Origin: an uncultured Thermoleophilia bacterium
GTDB lineage: Bacteria > Actinomycetota > Thermoleophilia > Gaiellales > Gaiellaceae
Direction of reading: 5' to 3'
DNA length: 64,000 nt
Assembly: GCA_963784945.1 (NCBI GenBank)
Contig: CAWATN010000013.1
Coordinates: forward strand, 91,742-155,741
The position numbers and the translations under genes are program-made. The first letter of the stretch is position 1; each line of letters begins with the position of its first letter. Below are positions 60,815 through 64,000 of the stretch, piece by piece. The notes beneath the pieces were generated by a model. It was not told where the DNA came from. It ran no database searches and was given only the letters and a program-made list of their open reading frames with translations.

Positions 60815-63127
60815 GTGTCCGTGCCGATGACAACGTTGATCGGGCGCGATAGGAGCATCGCCGAGGCAGCGACGTTTCTGCGTCGGGACGATGTCCGTCT
60901 GCTCACCGTCACCGGCCCCGGCGGGATCGGCAAGACCAGGCTCGCCCAGGCGGTCGCCGTGGAGACGGCTGACCACTTCGCCGATGGGGTGATCTTCGTC
61001 CCGCTCCAGTCCGTCATTGACCCCGGCCACGTCATCGGCACAATCGCCCGGTCGCTCGGGCTCTTCGACGGCGAGGGCGACCTCGAGCAACGCCTCGTCG
61101 CACATATCGACGGTCGCCGGTTGCTGCTCATTCTCGACAACTTCGAGCAGGTCGTCGACGCCGCACCCTCGCTTGCCGCGATCGTGGCTGCGAGCCCGAG
61201 CTTGAAGGTCGCAGTGACGAGTCGAACGCGGTTGCGAGTGTACGGTGAGCAGGAGCTATCGCTCGAGCCACTTACCGGCACCGACTCTGTGGCGCTCTTT
61301 CTGGATCGAGCCCGCACCGTGCGGCCGAGCCTTCTGCCGGACGCCGCCGACCTGGACGCAATCGCCCTGATCTGCGATCGCCTCGACTGCCTGCCGCTCG
61401 CGATCGAGCTGGCTGCGGCGAGGGTGAAGATGCTGTCTCCGAGCGCGATACTCGGTCGTCTGGAGCGCAGCCTCGAGCTCCTCACCTCGGGCTCGCGGGA
61501 TGCGCCCGCCAGGCACCGAGCTCTGCGCGACACGATCAGCTGGAGCGTCGAACTCCTCGACGACGAGCAGAGGGCCGTCTTTCGTCGGCTCGGCGTCTTC
61601 GCGGGAGGCTGCTCACTGGAGGCTGCAGAGGAGGTATGTGGCGGGGACCTCGACACCCTCGGCTCACTCGTGGACGGGAGCCTCGTACGGCCGGAGGGTG
61701 AGCGCTTCGGCATGCTCGAGACGATCCGTGAGTACGCGAGCGAACTGCTCGACGCAACGGCCGAGGCTGAGGGCATCCGACGCGCCCACGCGGATCGTTA
61801 TCTCCATCTGGCCCGTGCCGCCGCGCCGGGCCGGGGCGTCTCGGATCATGCGCTGTGGCAGACGACGCTCGAGACCGATCACGACAACCTCCGCGCCGCT
61901 CTGCGCTTCTCACTCGACGCGGGAGACCCGGTGACTGCGCTTGAGCTCTGTGCCGTTCTGTGGCGGTTCTGGTTCGAGCGCGGCTACCTGAGCGAGGGCC
62001 GGCTGTGGCTCGACGCGTCGCTTGCGGCGTCGCCCAAGGCGTCCCTCAGCCGCGCCCGTGCGCTGAGCGGGAACGGCGTCCTCGCGCACTACCAGGGCGA
62101 CTATGACCGGGCCGAGGCCCTCTGCCAGGAGGCTCTCGAGCTGTCTCGGAAGCTTGACGATCAAAAGGGGATCGCGGAGGCGCAGACAGGGCTCGCGCTG
62201 GTGCGGAGGACGCGCGGGGACTACCCGGAGGCGGAAATGCTCTTCCGCGACGCCCTGGCGGGCTACGAACGGCTCGGCGACGAGCAAGGCGTCGCGCGGA
62301 CGCTCGACCGGCTCGCACTGCACTTCGTGGTCGTCGGAGACGACGACCGGGCCCGGCCGCTCTTCGAACGCAGCCTCGCGCTGTTCCGTCGGCTCGGCGA
62401 TGCTCACGGAACCGCACTCGGGCTCTATGGCCTCGCCTACACTCGTCCCGCGAACGCTCTGGTCGTCGCCCAGTCGCAGGTCGACGAGAGCCTCGACATC
62501 CTGCGTACGGTCGGCGACCGTCGAACCTTTGGCAAAGTGCTCTGGGCCCAGGCGGGGATCAACGCCGATCTCGGTGATGCCGAGACGGCCGCGGCCCAGT
62601 TCGAGGAGTCGTTGACGCTCTTCGTCGAATTCGGCGACCGGTGGTTCTGTGTGCTCGTCCTCGAGTCGGTCGCCTTCCTCGCTGCCTCAGCTGGCGAACT
62701 GGTCAGAGCCGTCCACCTTCTCGGCGCCTCAGGCGCGGTTCTGGAGAAGATCGGCGTCCCACTCCTGGCGCGCTTTCGTACGCCTCACGACCAGATCCTC
62801 GCGGAGGCGCGTAGCACCCTGGGGGAAGATCGGTTCGGAACCCTATGGGACGAAGGCCGGCGGCTCTCGCTCAGCGCAACAGTCGAGCTCGTGGGGGCAG
62901 CGCGCACGCGTGTCGATCCCAATGCCCCGGACGGTCTCACTGCCCGCGAGCTCGAGGTTCTGGCGCTCGTTGCCGACGGCCTTACCGACGCGGAGGTGGC
63001 CGAAACGCTCGTCGTGAGCCTACGCACCGTCCACGCCCACCTCCGCTCGATCTATCGCAAGCTCGATCTGCACACGCGAAGCGCGGCAACGCGCTACGCG
63101 ATCGAGCACGGCGTTACCGCCCCCTGA
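60815..63127 (+). CDS. STAND-type ATPase + TPR + LuxR-HTH transcriptional regulator
   Basis: Walker A is VTGPGGIGKTRLA and Walker B is LLLILDNFE. TPR-like repeats follow (ALSGNGVLAHYQGDYDRAEALCQEALEL...), and the C-terminal HTH reads LTARELEVLALVADGLTDAEVAETLVVSLRTVHAHLRSIYRKL. Confidence 0.8.
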   Translation: MSVPMTTLIGRDRSIAEAATFLRRDDVRLLTVTGPGGIGKTRLAQAVAVETADHFADGVIFVPLQSVIDPGHVIGTIARSLGLFDGEGDLEQRLVAHIDGRRLLLILDNFEQVVDAAPSLAAIVAASPSLKVAVTSRTRLRVYGEQELSLEPLTGTDSVALFLDRARTVRPSLLPDAADLDAIALICDRLDCLPLAIELAAARVKMLSPSAILGRLERSLELLTSGSRDAPARHRALRDTISWSVELLDDEQRAVFRRLGVFAGGCSLEAAEEVCGGDLDTLGSLVDGSLVRPEGERFGMLETIREYASELLDATAEAEGIRRAHADRYLHLARAAAPGRGVSDHALWQTTLETDHDNLRAALRFSLDAGDPVTALELCAVLWRFWFERGYLSEGRLWLDASLAASPKASLSRARALSGNGVLAHYQGDYDRAEALCQEALELSRKLDDQKGIAEAQTGLALVRRTRGDYPEAEMLFRDALAGYERLGDEQGVARTLDRLALHFVVVGDDDRARPLFERSLALFRRLGDAHGTALGLYGLAYTRPANALVVAQSQVDESLDILRTVGDRRTFGKVLWAQAGINADLGDAETAAAQFEESLTLFVEFGDRWFCVLVLESVAFLAASAGELVRAVHLLGASGAVLEKIGVPLLARFRTPHDQILAEARSTLGEDRFGTLWDEGRRLSLSATVELVGAARTRVDPNAPDGLTARELEVLALVADGLTDAEVAETLVVSLRTVHAHLRSIYRKLDLHTRSAATRYAIEHGVTAP

Positions 63128-63446
63128 AGATAGGTAGTGCGGTTAGGCAGTTATGCCGATGTGCCGCCCCGTACGTCGCTCTACCGTCAGGCCATGCAGA
63201 TCGATGACCTGATCGACAACCCGACGGAGGCAACCATGAGTGACATCGCCACCCCACGCTACGGCTTCGAGCCCACGGCCGCGTTTGCCACGACCCGCGC
63301 CGGTGCTGAGCGACGAGCCCGCGAGACTGCTGCGGCTGCCGTGACCTCGAATCACGGAAGGACCCTCGACCTGCTGCGCAGGCTTGCGACCCTCCTCACA
63401 GGATCATCCTCATAGAGACCAGGAGGAGTCATCACGCTGGCTATCC

Positions 63447-64000
63447 TCACCGCGTCATCGTCGCCCGGTAGACACCGTCTCCTTCGCTGATCCGACGTGC
63501 GAGCTCGAGTTCCATCAGGGCTGCGGCGATGTCACCGGGGGCGGCGCCGGATAGACGCGCCAGCTCGTCGATGCTCGCGGGGCCGACGGCAAGTCGTTCG
63601 AGTAACGCTCCCGCGAGTCCACCAGGCGGCTCGCCCCGCTCGGTCACGATCTCTATTCCGTATGCCTCGAGAACGTCGGCTGCAGCTGTCACGGGTGTTG
63701 CGCCGAGCCGGAGTAGCGCGTTCGATCCAGCCGAGACCGCGGAGGTGATCTCGCCGGGAACGACCATCACTTCCCGGCCGTCCTCGAGGGCGAAATCGGC
63801 TGTGATCAGCGCACCGGACCGCTCACGCGCCTCGACCACCACGGTGGCCGTGCACAGTCCGGCAATGATCCGGTTACGCGCTGGGAAGCGCCACGGGGCC
63901 GGCTCGATTCCGGCTTCGTACTCAGAGACGATCAGCCCCCGCTCCACGATTCGCCTGGCGAGATCCCGGTGGGCAGCCGGGTAGTCGCGGTCGATCCCGC
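63447..64000 (-). CDS. dprA: DNA processing protein DprA (5' end lies outside the window)
   Basis: The frame is open to the window edge. It contains ...GIDRDYPAAHRDLARRIVERGLIVSEY...FPARNRIIAGLCTATVVVEARERSGALITADFALEDGREVMVVPG and a C-terminal winged-helix tail. Confidence 0.8.
   Translation of the reverse strand, partial: GIDRDYPAAHRDLARRIVERGLIVSEYEAGIEPAPWRFPARNRIIAGLCTATVVVEARERSGALITADFALEDGREVMVVPGEITSAVSAGSNALLRLGATPVTAAADVLEAYGIEIVTERGEPPGGLAGALLERLAVGPASIDELARLSGAAPGDIAAALMELELARRISEGDGVYRATMTR

Noticed and set aside
63137-63415. A 92-aa ORF (or 73 aa from the ATG at 63194) lies between the STAND regulator and dprA.
   Set aside because: It has no SD and no family resemblance, and it is alanine/threonine-rich. 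It might be real but I cannot support it.
1-64000. I searched for CRISPR arrays, rRNA genes, intact insertion sequences, integrases and prophage genes.
   Set aside because: I saw no regularly spaced direct repeats, no rRNA-like conserved stretches, and no integrase, recombinase or phage structural motifs. The only mobile-element trace is the short transposase remnant at 12435-12665.

Overview
The window is a visibly high-G+C chromosomal segment: codon third positions are dominated by G/C, and every real gene has a long arginine/alanine/proline-rich shadow ORF on the opposite strand. The gene content looks like a monoderm actinobacterial-type soil organism, but the lineage is inference only. 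I support about 65 protein-coding genes or gene remnants, 2 tRNAs (initiator tRNA-Met and tRNA-Leu-UAA), several hairpin terminators and one promoter. I saw no rRNA, CRISPR array or intact mobile element.

Layout:
- 1-6.6 kb: a mosaic of small genes and decayed gene fragments next to tRNA-fMet.
- 7-9 kb: a membrane protein, def and acdS, with def and acdS translationally coupled.
- 9-12.4 kb: a GT87-like membrane protein, a NarL-type response regulator and a large membrane protein.
- 12.4-25.5 kb: a complete secretin-less Tad/Flp pilus locus, in the order flp, flp, cpaB, tadZ, tadA, VWA-tadB fusion, tadC, DUF192-receiver fusion, soluble HisKA_3 kinase, tadE, tadG-VWA, Cys-rich secreted protein. 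A transposase remnant lies just upstream.
- 25.6-29 kb: uxuA, a PPOX-family protein, a CBS protein and gdh.
- 29-34.3 kb: a tightly coupled operon of Hpt, receiver-adenylate cyclase and a GAF/PAS hybrid kinase.
- 34.5-47 kb: tRNA-Leu, a DUF3105 protein, rmuC, trxB, a GT39-like protein, then a repair gene string addB-addA-metallophosphoesterase-nth.
- 47-64 kb: a small zinc-ribbon/AT-hook protein, an IDH-family enzyme, pntAA-pntAB-pntB, an ABC-2 exporter, an OCD/FAD oxidoreductase pair, large membrane proteins, a UPF0261 protein, a STAND-LuxR regulator and a partial dprA.

The most interesting part is the signalling module (DUF192-receiver fusion plus a soluble kinase) embedded inside the Tad operon, together with the VWA-TadB fusion and a TadG whose VWA domain carries a large insertion.

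All family assignments come from motif recognition by eye, with no searches run. Start codons are best guesses based on gene overlaps and Shine-Dalgarno (SD) context.
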